Of a stretch of 64,000 nt of DNA, positions 35,153 through 46,082 are shown piece after piece. The stretch covers positions 62,001-126,000 of IMG/VR virus record IMGVR_UViG_3300045051_000720, one strand, 5' to 3'. Under the pieces are notes generated by a model. It ran no database searches, was not told the origin of the DNA, and worked only from the letters and a program-made list of their open reading frames with translations. The translations under genes were made by a program, and so were the position numbers. How positions within the stretch are numbered: position 1 is the first letter of the stretch; each line of letters opens with the position of its first letter.

Positions 35153-36331
35153 ATGCCCCTACCGCGATTTGACTGGCCTCTCGCTACGGATTCGTTCAGC
35201 CTGCTTGACCGCGCCCGCATTGCGTGGTGGCAACTGACCACCCCCCAGTTCACCATGGGTCCGCGCGTCGAGGAGTTCGAGCGCGAGATGAGCAAGCTGG
35301 CGGGGGTGCGCGCGTTGGGGGTATGCAACGGATCTGTTGCCAACCAGCTGGTGTTCGAGCTGTGGAAGGTCAAGCATCCTGACCAGCCGAGGCCCCTCGT
35401 CATCGTTCCTGCCGTGACGTGGGTGTCCAGCATTACCCCGGCCATGATGGCGGGTTTTGAGATTGCGTTCTGCGACATCAACCTGACCGATCTCAGCTTC
35501 GACTACGACATGCTCGCGCGGATGCTGGAGAACCGGTCTGGACAACCGACCATCATCTGGCCCACCGCCTTGATTGGCTTTTGTCCCGACATGGAGCGCC
35601 TCCATCAGCTTGCCGCCAAACACGGCGCGGAGGTGTTCCTTGACGCTTGTGAGAACACCCTCAGCTATACGCGGTGGGACCAGTCTATCCTCGCAAGTGC
35701 CGCACTGACAACGACTAGCTGCTATTTCAGCCATCAGATCACTGCGGTGGAACTGGGTTTTGTTTTCTTCCGCGACGAGTCCGACTACATGCTCGCGCGG
35801 ATGTTCCGCAACCACGGCATGTCACGCTCGCTGACCGGCCCTCACGCCGCCGCGCGCAAGCTGATTGAGGACGCCAATCCGTCTATAGACCCGTCCTTCC
35901 TATTCGCCGTACCCGGCACCAACCTGCGCCCGAGCGATGTCCACGCTATGTTCGGGCTGAGAGACATCAAGCGGGTGGACCGGTACCGCCTGCACCGCAC
36001 GGCCATCTACCGCCGGTTCCACGAGGGGTTGGACCAATCCCGCTACTACCTCCCGCCACTCACCGAGACCCATGTGGGGTTCTGTTTACCGATCATGCGG
36101 CGAGACGATGCAATCGGCTTTGTCAAGCAGATGCTGAACGGGATGGGTGTGGCCACTCGTCCGCTCATTGGCGGGAATCTCCTCCATCAACCCCCGTTCA
36201 AGCGGTACGGGCGGCCGGAGGACTATCCTAATGCCGAGTGGGTTCACCAGCACGCTGGGTATTGCGGCCTACATCCGGGCGTGACCGAGGACATGGTGGA
36301 TGGGCTCGTGGAGGTCCTCAACGGTCTATGA
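35153..36331 (+). CDS. DegT/DnrJ-family PLP enzyme, ColD-like 3-dehydratase
   Basis: NGSVAN, DACE, SCYFSHQITAVE (His in place of the catalytic Lys), RNHG. Confidence 0.8.
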   Translation: MPLPRFDWPLATDSFSLLDRARIAWWQLTTPQFTMGPRVEEFEREMSKLAGVRALGVCNGSVANQLVFELWKVKHPDQPRPLVIVPAVTWVSSITPAMMAGFEIAFCDINLTDLSFDYDMLARMLENRSGQPTIIWPTALIGFCPDMERLHQLAAKHGAEVFLDACENTLSYTRWDQSILASAALTTTSCYFSHQITAVELGFVFFRDESDYMLARMFRNHGMSRSLTGPHAAARKLIEDANPSIDPSFLFAVPGTNLRPSDVHAMFGLRDIKRVDRYRLHRTAIYRRFHEGLDQSRYYLPPLTETHVGFCLPIMRRDDAIGFVKQMLNGMGVATRPLIGGNLLHQPPFKRYGRPEDYPNAEWVHQHAGYCGLHPGVTEDMVDGLVEVLNGL

Positions 36332-36753
36332 AGACGCTCGCGGAACTGCCCGCGCTAGATCAGCTAGCCCACTGCCCTCTCAACACCCGCATCTGGTTTG
36401 AGGAGGAGAGTCAGCCGTACCGCGTGCGGGCGCGTAGCTCGCGCTATCTTGTCTGCACCAAACCGTTCAACCCAAAGCACACCGTCCTTTACACCATCGT
36501 GGACCTCGTGGAGAACGTGCGCGGCCCAGAGAATCTCGTCTTTGGGATGGGTGCGGAGAGCGACGAAGACTGCGTTGCGATGATTGAGCGGCTACACGGG
36601 ATCACCAGACCGCTAACCGCCAAGGAGACGGCGGAGGTAAAAACACTCCCGCGCAACCTGCGGCGGGTATGTCAACCACTGTTGGTTGAACCAACCGAGG
36701 TATCTCATCGTCACCGCATCGATCTCAAGGTGGCGCGGGTAGCGTTGTCATGA
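36328..36753 (+). CDS. Hypothetical protein
   Basis: Coupled ORF. Confidence 0.6.
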   Translation: MKTLAELPALDQLAHCPLNTRIWFEEESQPYRVRARSSRYLVCTKPFNPKHTVLYTIVDLVENVRGPENLVFGMGAESDEDCVAMIERLHGITRPLTAKETAEVKTLPRNLRRVCQPLLVEPTEVSHRHRIDLKVARVALS

Positions 36754-36919
36754 TAGCCCGCGCCAAGCGTTACCGTCTGGTCAAGCGTCTCGTCAACGAG
36801 TACCTCGACGCGGCCATTCGTGATCAACGCCGTCGTCCTCACATGGCGCGACTCAACTTGACCGGCGCGCAGGGTGTGCTGGACGCCGCGGTGAGATGCG
36901 AAGCGAAGGCGGGATTTGG

Positions 36920-37618
36920 ATGACCCCCCAACCGATCCTCCTCCCTGATGGCGAGACTCTCTTACCGATCACCCTCTACGGAGTGAATCGCGACCCTCTC
37001 GTTACTGATTGGCACCGCCGCGTCATCAACCACTTCTGCTGGACGTGGAATTATATCGAGGCCCCTTTCCACCTCGGGGTCTCGCACGGCTATGTGATGA
37101 ACACCATCCTGCGCGCGCTGGTGCAGGAGGTGAATCCCCCAACCTACGTCATGTTCTGTGATAATGACAACATCCCCATGCGGCGGGAGGCTTTGGACAG
37201 CATGGTTATGTCGGTGCGGAACAAGGTCACGGTCTATGGCTGTGCGTGGCAAAGTTCGCATAAGGTAGGGCCTAACGGGTCGGTTCAGCACGCCTATGCC
37301 AGCCAAGCCTGTTTGTGTTTCCCTCTTTCGCTCTATCGCGCGTTAGGGTGTCCCGATTGTGACCATTTCAACCCGTGCTCTGACACGAGCGAGGAGATTA
37401 CTTACGAAGCCCAGCTCCGCGGGTACCAGCTCTCGCTTTTATACCCATCTCACAGTGAGGAACCCACCGTCGCGCTGGACAACGGGTGTCAATACGGCCA
37501 CTCTATCGTGTACGGCCCGAACCTCTGGTTCCATGAGACGCGCGCTGATTTGCCGGGTGCTAGTGAGCGTTTTGTAGCGATGGCCAAGCGGGTCATCGCG
37601 GGGGAGTTCCAATGCTGA
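36920..37618 (+). CDS. Probable GT-A glycosyltransferase
   Basis: SHG..MN, FCDND (DxD). Confidence 0.6.
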   Translation: MTPQPILLPDGETLLPITLYGVNRDPLVTDWHRRVINHFCWTWNYIEAPFHLGVSHGYVMNTILRALVQEVNPPTYVMFCDNDNIPMRREALDSMVMSVRNKVTVYGCAWQSSHKVGPNGSVQHAYASQACLCFPLSLYRALGCPDCDHFNPCSDTSEEITYEAQLRGYQLSLLYPSHSEEPTVALDNGCQYGHSIVYGPNLWFHETRADLPGASERFVAMAKRVIAGEFQC

Positions 37619-37843
37619 TCGCCGACTCGTTAGGTGGCAACCTTACCGATTACCCCTCGGTCCTTGACGCCCTGCGCGAGGCCAATGTGATGACCATCAA
37701 ACCAATGGATGGTCACTCTCGCGTGCGCGAGAGGTGTGATCGGTACTACCAGATCTACTTGACCCGCGATCAGGTGCTGGCGTGGGCTGATGAGTTGCGC
37801 GCAATGGTTGACAAGGGGGTCTAACCCCGCTAACATGGGGTCA

Positions 37844-39160
37844 GTGGATACCCCTTTCGCCGCTGATTTCCGCGCGTTGTTGACCAAGCATGGGATCACT
37901 GCGCCTCGGGCTGCACATGGGTCCTATGTCTTCAATCCCGCCAAGCCCAGTGTGCTTTACTCTGGCCCCGTGCACGACGCCGAAGAGATGGTTGCGGCGG
38001 TGAGTGCGCTCGTGGAGTCTCGATGGTCAGTTGCGGGGGAGCAGGTGGGACGGTTTGAGCGCGCGTTTGCTCAGACCGTGGGCAACCGCTACGGCGTCAT
38101 GGTCAACTCAGGGTCCTCAGCCAATCTCGTTTTGATTGGCGCGGCGAAGGAGGTGTTTGGGTGGACCACGGATGATGAGGTCATCACCTCGTGTGTGGGT
38201 TTCCCCACGACCGCATCCCCTATCGTCCAGCACGGACTGACTCCTGCGTGGGTGGACATTGAGTGGGACAGCCTGAACCTAGACCTCGGCGCGGTCAAGC
38301 GGGCTATCACGAACCGCACTCGCGCGGTGCTGGTCGCGCCTGTATTGGGCAACCCACCCGATATGGATGCTCTCATCGCACTGTGCCGCGAGAACGGGCT
38401 GGTGTTGTTAGTCGATGACTGCGATGGACTCGGCACCAAATGGGATGGGTTACCACTGCCCGCGCTGCCGGGCGTCTATGCTTCCACTTGTTCGCTTTAC
38501 CCCAGTCATCATATATCGACTGGGGGCGGCGGCATGGTGACCTCCAATGATGAGAGGGTGATCGATGTCGCGCGCAGTCTCGCTAGTTGGGCCAAGGACT
38601 GCTTCTGTTCTGGCGTGGGCAACCTTATCCCCAACGGTTGCTGCGGCAAACGATTCTCGCGCTGGCTTGAGTCGGAACCCGACCTCATCGTGGACCACCG
38701 CTACACCTTCCCTCGGATCGGCTACAACCTGCTCCCCCTTGAGATCCAAGGGGCAATGGGTCTCACCCAGCTGATCAAGCTGCCCTCCATCATTGCCAAG
38801 CGGCGCGCTAACCACGATCTAATCGCGCAGTGGTTGTACGCTATCCCCGGAGTGCGCGGCGTGAGGGTTGAGCCCAAAGCAGAGGTGTCGTGGTTCGGGG
38901 TACCAATCGTTGCGGAGACACAGGCGCTCAAGGAGGAGCTGCTCAATCACCTTGAGGCACACGGGATTCAGACGCGCGGGTATTTCGCCGGCAACCTGCT
39001 CGCGCAGAAGGGTTTCGCTCATCTGGGTGACTATCGCGCCTATCCGAATGCCAATCAGGTTCTACGGAAGGTATTTTTCGTGGGCTGTGCGCCCACGTAT
39101 AGTCCCGCGCATCTTGCCCATATCGAATCGACCCTCAAGACCTTCGTGCCACCGACATGA
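37844..39160 (+). CDS. rfbH: CDP-4-keto-6-deoxyglucose 3-dehydrase (RfbH/DdhC-like)
   Basis: NSGSSANL, FPTT, LGNP, DDCD, SLYPSHHISTG, Fe-S Cys cluster DCFC...CCGKRF, IGYNL. Confidence 0.85.
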   Translation: MDTPFAADFRALLTKHGITAPRAAHGSYVFNPAKPSVLYSGPVHDAEEMVAAVSALVESRWSVAGEQVGRFERAFAQTVGNRYGVMVNSGSSANLVLIGAAKEVFGWTTDDEVITSCVGFPTTASPIVQHGLTPAWVDIEWDSLNLDLGAVKRAITNRTRAVLVAPVLGNPPDMDALIALCRENGLVLLVDDCDGLGTKWDGLPLPALPGVYASTCSLYPSHHISTGGGGMVTSNDERVIDVARSLASWAKDCFCSGVGNLIPNGCCGKRFSRWLESEPDLIVDHRYTFPRIGYNLLPLEIQGAMGLTQLIKLPSIIAKRRANHDLIAQWLYAIPGVRGVRVEPKAEVSWFGVPIVAETQALKEELLNHLEAHGIQTRGYFAGNLLAQKGFAHLGDYRAYPNANQVLRKVFFVGCAPTYSPAHLAHIESTLKTFVPPT

Positions 39161-39871
39161 CCTCATCCATTTGGACCAGCCAAGACGGTAACACCACTCT
39201 CATTCTCTCTAAGGTGGACGGTTTCACACTGTGGCCCGCAGGAAGCAGCGGCAGCAGCAGCTACCCCCGCCGTCTCTCGGTCTATGTCAATGGGGTAGAC
39301 GTGCTGATCCGTGAGGATGCTGACATCGAGTCGCTACTCGCTATGCTGAAGACGCGAGTGGCGAAAGGAGCAATGGGATGACCAAGACCACCATCGAACT
39401 GGAGCGTCATACAGTTGTCGAGACTGACAACGGGACGCCCCTATGTGCCATAAGTCCATCGGTTGACGTGATGGATCGTGTGATGCAGACGGCCAACGAG
39501 GCTGGACTCAAGGTCTATCACCACGCCGTGCGTGGCGCGCGCCAAGTGTTGTCGACGCGTACCGTCGCCGATCCGGTTCGATCCTACGATACTTATGCCG
39601 CAACGATGACCGAGCGGACAGTCGAATACGTCTGGTTTGTTGACATCTACCTCCAATGAGCCTCACCAATCACGACCTGTGGCAGCTGCGCTGGTTCTGG
39701 GAGGACAAGGGTGATGTCACCCGCTACTGCCGGTGGGATGAGATTGAGGCGGAGGTAGAGCGCACGCACCCCGAGATCACGCAGGCCTACCGCAACCTGA
39801 TCGCGGCGCGACGCACGCTGTCCGCAGTGCTGGTAGCCGCGACGAATGGGCTACCGGAGGACGAATCATGA
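39157..39871 (+). CDS. Three small hypothetical proteins
   Basis: ATGA-coupled ORFs 39157-39381, 39378-39659, 39656-39871. Confidence 0.55.
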
Positions 39872-40707
39872 GCGCGTCCGTTATGGGGGTAGGTTTCGTC
39901 GGTGGTCGCTACTGCGCGATGTACCCGGACGCCATGCCGGAACCTCGCTATACCGTCAAGCCCACGCGAGATGACGTTCTCTTCACCCGTTCGACCGTCG
40001 ATAACTACGCGCCGCTTCACGGTGATTTCCACACCGACATCGAGACCAACTTGCTTCACCTAACCGAGGTGCTCCCCCACGTCTCCGGGATATTCAACTT
40101 CGTGTCGAGCTGGTTCACGGTCGCCAACGCCGGGCAGTGTTTCGATTCGCCCGCGCGCGAGGACGACCTCTGCGACCCCAACGGGTACTACAGCGCGACA
40201 AAGGCCTGCGCCGAACACCTTGTACGCTCCCACACCCAAACCGCTCAAGCGGGGCTTATCCCCGGCCCGCGTGCCTACCGCATCCTGCGTCTTGGTAACG
40301 TGCTTGGCATTGACCCACGCGCGTCCAAGACTAAAAACGCGCTTGTTCACCTGCTCGCCAAGGTCAAAGCGGGCGAGGACGTGACGGTGTATACCGGCGA
40401 TTGTCTGCGCGACGTGATGCATGTTGATGACACTTGCCGCGCGATTCGGCTGTGTCTTGAGCGTGGCACACTCGACACCATCTACCATATCGGCTACGGG
40501 ACCAGTGTGCGTACCATCGATTTGATCGAGCACGCGAAGGGCGTGACGGGGTCGCATTCACGCATTACGCTCGTCGCGCCGCCGAGGTTCCATCAAATCG
40601 TGCAGGTGCCTGATTTCCATTTTTGCACAGCCAAGCTCCGCGGGCTGGGCTTCGTCCCTGATATGGACCCCTACCAAGCGGTTGAGCGGGTGTTGGCAAA
40701 CCTATGA
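39868..40707 (+). CDS. NAD-dependent sugar epimerase / reductase
   Basis: GxGFVG, YSATK, RLGNVLG, RDVMHVDD. Confidence 0.85.
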   Translation: MSASVMGVGFVGGRYCAMYPDAMPEPRYTVKPTRDDVLFTRSTVDNYAPLHGDFHTDIETNLLHLTEVLPHVSGIFNFVSSWFTVANAGQCFDSPAREDDLCDPNGYYSATKACAEHLVRSHTQTAQAGLIPGPRAYRILRLGNVLGIDPRASKTKNALVHLLAKVKAGEDVTVYTGDCLRDVMHVDDTCRAIRLCLERGTLDTIYHIGYGTSVRTIDLIEHAKGVTGSHSRITLVAPPRFHQIVQVPDFHFCTAKLRGLGFVPDMDPYQAVERVLANL

Positions 40708-41174
40708 GACCTAAGCTGCGCATCTGGGTCTTCTCCTATGGCGAGGAGAACACCATGTACGACCCCTCATGGCCGACCGTTCGGGTTCGCGCCCGCACTC
40801 GCCGCCAAGCTCGTCGTCGTGCTGAGGTCAAGGCTCAGCAGCTCCTCCGCCAACACCGCGCGCGGTGGGAATGGTTGGATGGTGATTGGCAACCCATCCC
40901 GCTACCTAAGGGCGGTATCATGCCATGGTCGAAGGGAGAGGTCGTCAAACCGCGCGGGCGGCGTAAGGCCCCCAAGCCGTTCGTATGGCCCAAGTGCCTT
41001 GGGGGCAGTCAAGAGGCCTTCGCGTCGTTCATCAGTGGGCCTATCCTCCAGACCATTGAGGCGGCTCCTGCGCTGGCGGACCTGTTTGGCAAGACGACTT
41101 TGAGCGACGGACCAACCATTCCCCTCGCGCAGTTTGCCTACACTCGCGCGCGACCTACGTGGAGGCCAGTATGA
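40704..41174 (+). CDS. Hypothetical protein
   Basis: Coupled ORF. Confidence 0.5.
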   Translation: MRPKLRIWVFSYGEENTMYDPSWPTVRVRARTRRQARRRAEVKAQQLLRQHRARWEWLDGDWQPIPLPKGGIMPWSKGEVVKPRGRRKAPKPFVWPKCLGGSQEAFASFISGPILQTIEAAPALADLFGKTTLSDGPTIPLAQFAYTRARPTWRPV

Positions 41175-42007
41175 TCATCGCCTCGGCCCTCTACTATGCC
41201 GGCTCTCTCGCCAATCCGGCGAGCCTCGTGCGGGACAATCGTTTTTATCCAGCCAAGGCAGTTCAAACCTTTGGGGTCTGGTGGCAATACCTGCGCCGCC
41301 ACTATCCCGACGTGCCAGTAGTGCTGTTTGCGGACACCGCGTCGCCGATACCCATCCGTCCTCTGTTAAACACACTGCCCGAACCGTGGTGGGACGTGGA
41401 CGAGCGACACCTACCCTGCTCAGAGGACATGGTCCCGCAGGTGATGGTCAAGTGGCTTTCTGCTCACTCGGGCAAGTACTTCTGGCCCATGCAGCGTAAC
41501 CTCGTCGAGGCCATTTGCTGGGCCTATCGCGCGAACAAATCGCTGCTGTGGATCGATGCGGACGCTTTTCTCAATACCGACATCCGGCCCCTCCTGCGCG
41601 GGTGTGATTGCGCCGCTAGTGGAATCCAACCCCACCAGATGACCATGGATTCGGTGTGCTTCTATCTCAGCGCGCGCCGTCTCCACGCACTGGACGGTCT
41701 GGTAGACCTTCCGTCCTTCCTCACCACCATGCTGAATGAGGGACCCACGGAGACGCGCATGCACACGCTCCAAGAGGGTGGTCTATACAAGCTGTTTGCG
41801 TATGGCGACGTGCGCGCGCTCGGCCGCGATATCCAACTCGCGCATCTGAGCTGCTACGATCGGTTTCTCACTTTCCTCCGGCGCAATCCCCTCGACACAC
41901 CCGAGTACCGCGCGCTCGTCACGGCGCTGAAGGGGGTGGATTGGACAACACTGCCCAGCGTCGAGCGCGCCTTCTGGGACATGCTTTATCCCGACAACGC
42001 TGTATGA
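41171..42007 (+). CDS. Probable GT-A glycosyltransferase
   Basis: LWIDADAFL DxD motif. Confidence 0.6.
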   Translation: MIIASALYYAGSLANPASLVRDNRFYPAKAVQTFGVWWQYLRRHYPDVPVVLFADTASPIPIRPLLNTLPEPWWDVDERHLPCSEDMVPQVMVKWLSAHSGKYFWPMQRNLVEAICWAYRANKSLLWIDADAFLNTDIRPLLRGCDCAASGIQPHQMTMDSVCFYLSARRLHALDGLVDLPSFLTTMLNEGPTETRMHTLQEGGLYKLFAYGDVRALGRDIQLAHLSCYDRFLTFLRRNPLDTPEYRALVTALKGVDWTTLPSVERAFWDMLYPDNAV

Positions 42008-42520
42008 CCATCACCGAACGCAACGACTTCATCACCCATTTGACCTGTATCCTCAACGATCTGCCCGGGGACTTGCACACCATGGTCAATGTCAATGGGC
42101 CAACTGGCCCTGCGCTCGACCTCGTGATGTATGAGCGCAAGTCGTGGCCGAGTGGCCGGGCTATCGTGACCAAGAGCGACCTTCCGTTGTGTGCCACGGT
42201 GACCATCACCTATGACGAGCTGGGTGAGGCCATGACGCGCGGCTGGGGTTATCCGCAACACCTGATCCGCAAACGCTGGGACATCGCCCTTGCGGCGCAA
42301 CGTGCAGATTCATGACCATCACCGACCGTATTGCCTCGCTCCTCTGGGACTACACCATCGCGCATAACGCGCGACCGACCGTGCTGCGTTTGACCCGCGA
42401 GGACGAACAGGCTCTAGGTGTGTTGACCTGTTTATACGGTGGACCCGATGTGTGTGGCGCGCCCCCTCCTCCACGCTTCATGGGGATGGTTATTGAGCTG
42501 GACGCCGAGAGGACAGAGGT

Positions 42521-43096
42521 ATGCTGACGCGCCTGCATCACGTCGTCGAAATCGGCGCGGGTGACGTTGCGTCATCTGCCCTGAGCTGGGCTACCCACGC
42601 GGACCGCGTTTCGCTTTATGAACCGAACGTCCTGCTTTGGAGCGACCTGATGCGCGGCGCGGCGGGTCTGGACAACGTGACGGCGCGCAACATGGCCGTC
42701 AGCGATGTTGGAGGTAACCAACCCCTCTATCATCTGGGCCTCGGGTCATACCTCGCGGGTGCGCCGTCGTTTTATGCGACATCTATCGAGCCTGAGGGTG
42801 TGCCGTTCATCGTGTCCCTCGCGCGCGCGGTGGAGGTCATCACAATCAATCAGGCGGTGCCCGAGGACACGGATCTCCTCATCATCACGATTGGCGGCGG
42901 CGAGTGGCGGTTGCTGGCCCCCATGACAATGCGCCCCAAGACCATCGAGACGGCGCACTATTGCCACAATGCCGCGCAGTGGGCAGACACGCATCGTACG
43001 TGGGATTGGTTGCAGGGAGCGGGCTACGTGGGGATGGTGATGGCGACTAATCAGCACTCCACCTTCCACCGTGTGAGATGGACCTTGACACCCTAG
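42521..43096 (+). CDS. FkbM-like methyltransferase
   Basis: VEIGAG, YEPN, NMAVSD. Confidence 0.65.
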   Translation: MLTRLHHVVEIGAGDVASSALSWATHADRVSLYEPNVLLWSDLMRGAAGLDNVTARNMAVSDVGGNQPLYHLGLGSYLAGAPSFYATSIEPEGVPFIVSLARAVEVITINQAVPEDTDLLIITIGGGEWRLLAPMTMRPKTIETAHYCHNAAQWADTHRTWDWLQGAGYVGMVMATNQHSTFHRVRWTLTP

Positions 43097-43280
43097 GTCA
43101 ACCCCGCTACGATAGGGTCATGCGCTTCATCACTGATCCTCGGGTGTTCAACTACGTCATCATGACGCTGTACGCCCTGTCGGCAGCTCGCTGGGCCTAC
43201 CTGCACAAGTGGGCGGATATGTGTTACTGGCTCTCGGCTATCGCCATCACGGCGACGGTGACGTGGGGGTATAAGCACTG

Positions 43281-44138
43281 ATGAGCCTCATCATCGAGAC
43301 CGACATCGGTCATGACCCCGATGACCTGTTCGCCATCTGCTACCTCGCGGCGGCGGGAGCGGACATCCTCGCCATTTGCGTGACGCCGGGTGACCCTGAC
43401 CAGATAGCCATCGCGCGGTTTGCGTGCGAACGGTTGGGGTTGGACATACCCATCGGCGCGGCTAAGCTGGGGCGCGAGAAGCTGTCGTCCGGTTCCATCC
43501 ACCACGCGCTGCTCAAACGGTACGGCAAGGACCTGTGTGCGGAGGCGGACGGGTTAGGGCACGACATCATCGCGTCAACAGTGCAGCATGGCAGCGAGCT
43601 GTTCGTCATCGGTCCGGTCACCAGTGTAGGGACCTACCTGTCGATCCATCGACATCAACGATGCCCTTTCACTCGCGCGACCATGCAGGGAGGGTTCGTT
43701 CCCTACTCACTGTACCGCCCTCCGGTGACCCTTCCCAAGTTTGAGGGGCGCGGGCACATGCCCACTTTCAACCTAAACGGCGACGTGGGGAATGCTTACT
43801 ACTTCCTGTCTGCGCCTATGGCGCGCCAGATGGTTGGCAAAAATGTGTGCCATACGATGCTGTTTGACGCGGCCCGATTCGCACGGTTCACCAAGCCCAC
43901 CTGTGCCGCCGCTGAGCTGTTCGCGGAGGCGGCTACTCTACTTCTCGCAGACGGTCGGACCAAGGCTTTCCACGACCCCACTGCCGCGGTGTGTCACCTC
44001 CATCCTGAGGTTGGCACATGGATCGACGGCAAGACCATCCGGTGCAAGGATGGGTGGACCACGGTCCCCGGCGAGGACAAGGTGTTGGTGGACATCGATA
44101 GGGATGCCCTGTGGGGGCGACTGGAGACGTGGTCATGA
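43281..44138 (+). CDS. Nucleoside hydrolase (IUNH family)
   Basis: ETDIGHDPDDLFA, IGPVT, MQGG, FN...D, HDP. Confidence 0.85.
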   Translation: MSLIIETDIGHDPDDLFAICYLAAAGADILAICVTPGDPDQIAIARFACERLGLDIPIGAAKLGREKLSSGSIHHALLKRYGKDLCAEADGLGHDIIASTVQHGSELFVIGPVTSVGTYLSIHRHQRCPFTRATMQGGFVPYSLYRPPVTLPKFEGRGHMPTFNLNGDVGNAYYFLSAPMARQMVGKNVCHTMLFDAARFARFTKPTCAAAELFAEAATLLLADGRTKAFHDPTAAVCHLHPEVGTWIDGKTIRCKDGWTTVPGEDKVLVDIDRDALWGRLETWS

Positions 44139-44662
44139 AGAGGGGTGGCAGGGGTCGCGGTTGGAGTAAAGAAGACGAAGACGTTCTTCGAGCAGAATAT
44201 CCAAAGGGTGATTTGGCGGCGGTTGCATTGCGTCTTGGGAGAACAGAGACGGCAGTGAGGATGCATTCAAAAATACTTGGATTTCGTCGGCCTCGACGTT
44301 TCCATGGTAGCCGTAATCCAAACTTTGCTGGTTATGGCAGGATATCAAAAAGTTATTTTAGTCGAGTCAAAAGAGGTGCTTATAAAAAGGGGTTAGAAAT
44401 GTCAGTGTCATTGGAATATCTTAATTCTATCACAGTAGATCGTTGTCCTTTTTGTGGTAGGGCCTTGGTTTACAAAAACTTTAGTGTTGGGGAAGAGGTG
44501 ACCGCCTCCTTGGACCGTATTGATTCTAGACGGGGCTATATTGAAGGTAATTTACGTTGGATTCATAAAGACATTAACATCATGAAGTCTAATATGACCG
44601 ACGCTGAATTTTTGGGTTGGGTGTTTGACATATGGAGGCACACACATGATCAAGGGATCTAA
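44135..44662 (+). CDS. HNH-like homing endonuclease with N-terminal HTH
   Basis: TASLDRIDSRRGYIEGNLRWIHKDINIMK; AT-rich. Confidence 0.75.
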   Translation: MKRGGRGRGWSKEDEDVLRAEYPKGDLAAVALRLGRTETAVRMHSKILGFRRPRRFHGSRNPNFAGYGRISKSYFSRVKRGAYKKGLEMSVSLEYLNSITVDRCPFCGRALVYKNFSVGEEVTASLDRIDSRRGYIEGNLRWIHKDINIMKSNMTDAEFLGWVFDIWRHTHDQGI

Positions 44663-46082
44663 TTGGACCGCAGAAGAAGATTGCGTGCTCCGCGCTCTTT
44701 ACTCCCACGCTACGACAAAGCGTGAAGATTTGTTGTCAGCGTTACCCAAACGCACTTGGAAAGCCATTCTTAGTCGAGCTAACAAAAAATTAGGTCTGAC
44801 ACAAAAATATCATATTGGCAGCCCGCGGGGCACAGCCAATCCGTTAGCTACAGGAAAGGGTCAAATTATTGGCTCATTTATGTATCAAATGAGACAGAGC
44901 GCGGATACTCGTAATTTGGAGCGTCCTTTGCTTGATGGGTCTGATGAGGGCTACGATTACCTTAACGAAATCATTACAGAAGTCTGTCCGTTGTCAGGTA
45001 GGCCGCTTACGTTTCCTAAATTTAGTGGAGATCAGTCTAAGACTGCGTCTCTTGACAGAATAGATTCTTCACTAGGCTATGTTAAAGGTAACGTAAGATG
45101 GGTTCATAAGACGGTCAATATCATGAAAAAGAATATGGGAGACGCACAATTCATGGACCTTATCGAGGATATGGTTGAGCATTGTGTTGTAGCAAAGCCA
45201 AAAACAGACGAAGAGCGTTCGCGTATGAAAAAGATACTTGTTTGCACGATTGCCCGTAATGTTGAAAAGCAATTACCAGAGTGGGCCAAACGCCTAGAGC
45301 GGTTACGTTTTTTGCTGGCTCAAGAAGGTTGGCTAACTGATTTCAGTGTTTACGAAAACGATTCAACGGATTTAACCTCTTCTACCGCGAAGGCCTTGTT
45401 AGATGGGTTGGGTAATCAGGATTCTCGGATCTGGTTTACTTCTGAGGTGATTGGTACTAAGCACTATGGTTCAATATGGAATATAGATCGTTTACGTAAT
45501 CTGGCTAATGCCCGGCAAAAATGTTTAGATCAGATTGGGTCAGACGCACTGCAAACCTATCACAAAATTGCGTATATAGAGCCTGACGTTACTTATGACC
45601 CAGTGTGGTGTAGTGAATTGGTGTTGGCTCGTCACCCCCGAGCCGCTGGGCTAGGCGAACCAGACATCTATAGCGGATGGAGTCTTCGCACTCAAAAAAA
45701 TCCAAAGGAAAGTATTTTTTTGTTTGATACCTGTGCCACCCGCGCGACCAAGGATGATGTGTGTTGGGACATCACCGAGCGCAACGGTACTTGGCGCGGC
45801 GCAACGGTTGTACCGACCGATCTGGGCGGTCACGATGCAATGTGCCTCCATCCTGTGTGGTCAACGTTCTCGTGCTTCTGCGTCTACAACGCCGAGCCGT
45901 TCAAACGTGGCGTGCGGTGGGGGTTCGTCAATGCCCGACTCAACACGGGGCAGACGCCCGTGGGAGATACTGCGTTTCTTGGCTGGTTGGATGCGGACAC
46001 TTCGGTAGTCTGCGAGGCGTTCCGCGCGCGGGGCTATGATAAGGTCTATCTCAACACCAACTGTTTGATCAGACACGCATGA
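44646..46082 (+). CDS. HNH-like endonuclease in frame with a glycosyltransferase (GT domain from 45225)
   Basis: TASLDRIDSSLGYVKGNVRWVHK, then KILVCTIARN, YENDSTD, LANARQKCL, EPD. Confidence 0.7.
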   Translation: MIKGSNWTAEEDCVLRALYSHATTKREDLLSALPKRTWKAILSRANKKLGLTQKYHIGSPRGTANPLATGKGQIIGSFMYQMRQSADTRNLERPLLDGSDEGYDYLNEIITEVCPLSGRPLTFPKFSGDQSKTASLDRIDSSLGYVKGNVRWVHKTVNIMKKNMGDAQFMDLIEDMVEHCVVAKPKTDEERSRMKKILVCTIARNVEKQLPEWAKRLERLRFLLAQEGWLTDFSVYENDSTDLTSSTAKALLDGLGNQDSRIWFTSEVIGTKHYGSIWNIDRLRNLANARQKCLDQIGSDALQTYHKIAYIEPDVTYDPVWCSELVLARHPRAAGLGEPDIYSGWSLRTQKNPKESIFLFDTCATRATKDDVCWDITERNGTWRGATVVPTDLGGHDAMCLHPVWSTFSCFCVYNAEPFKRGVRWGFVNARLNTGQTPVGDTAFLGWLDADTSVVCEAFRARGYDKVYLNTNCLIRHA

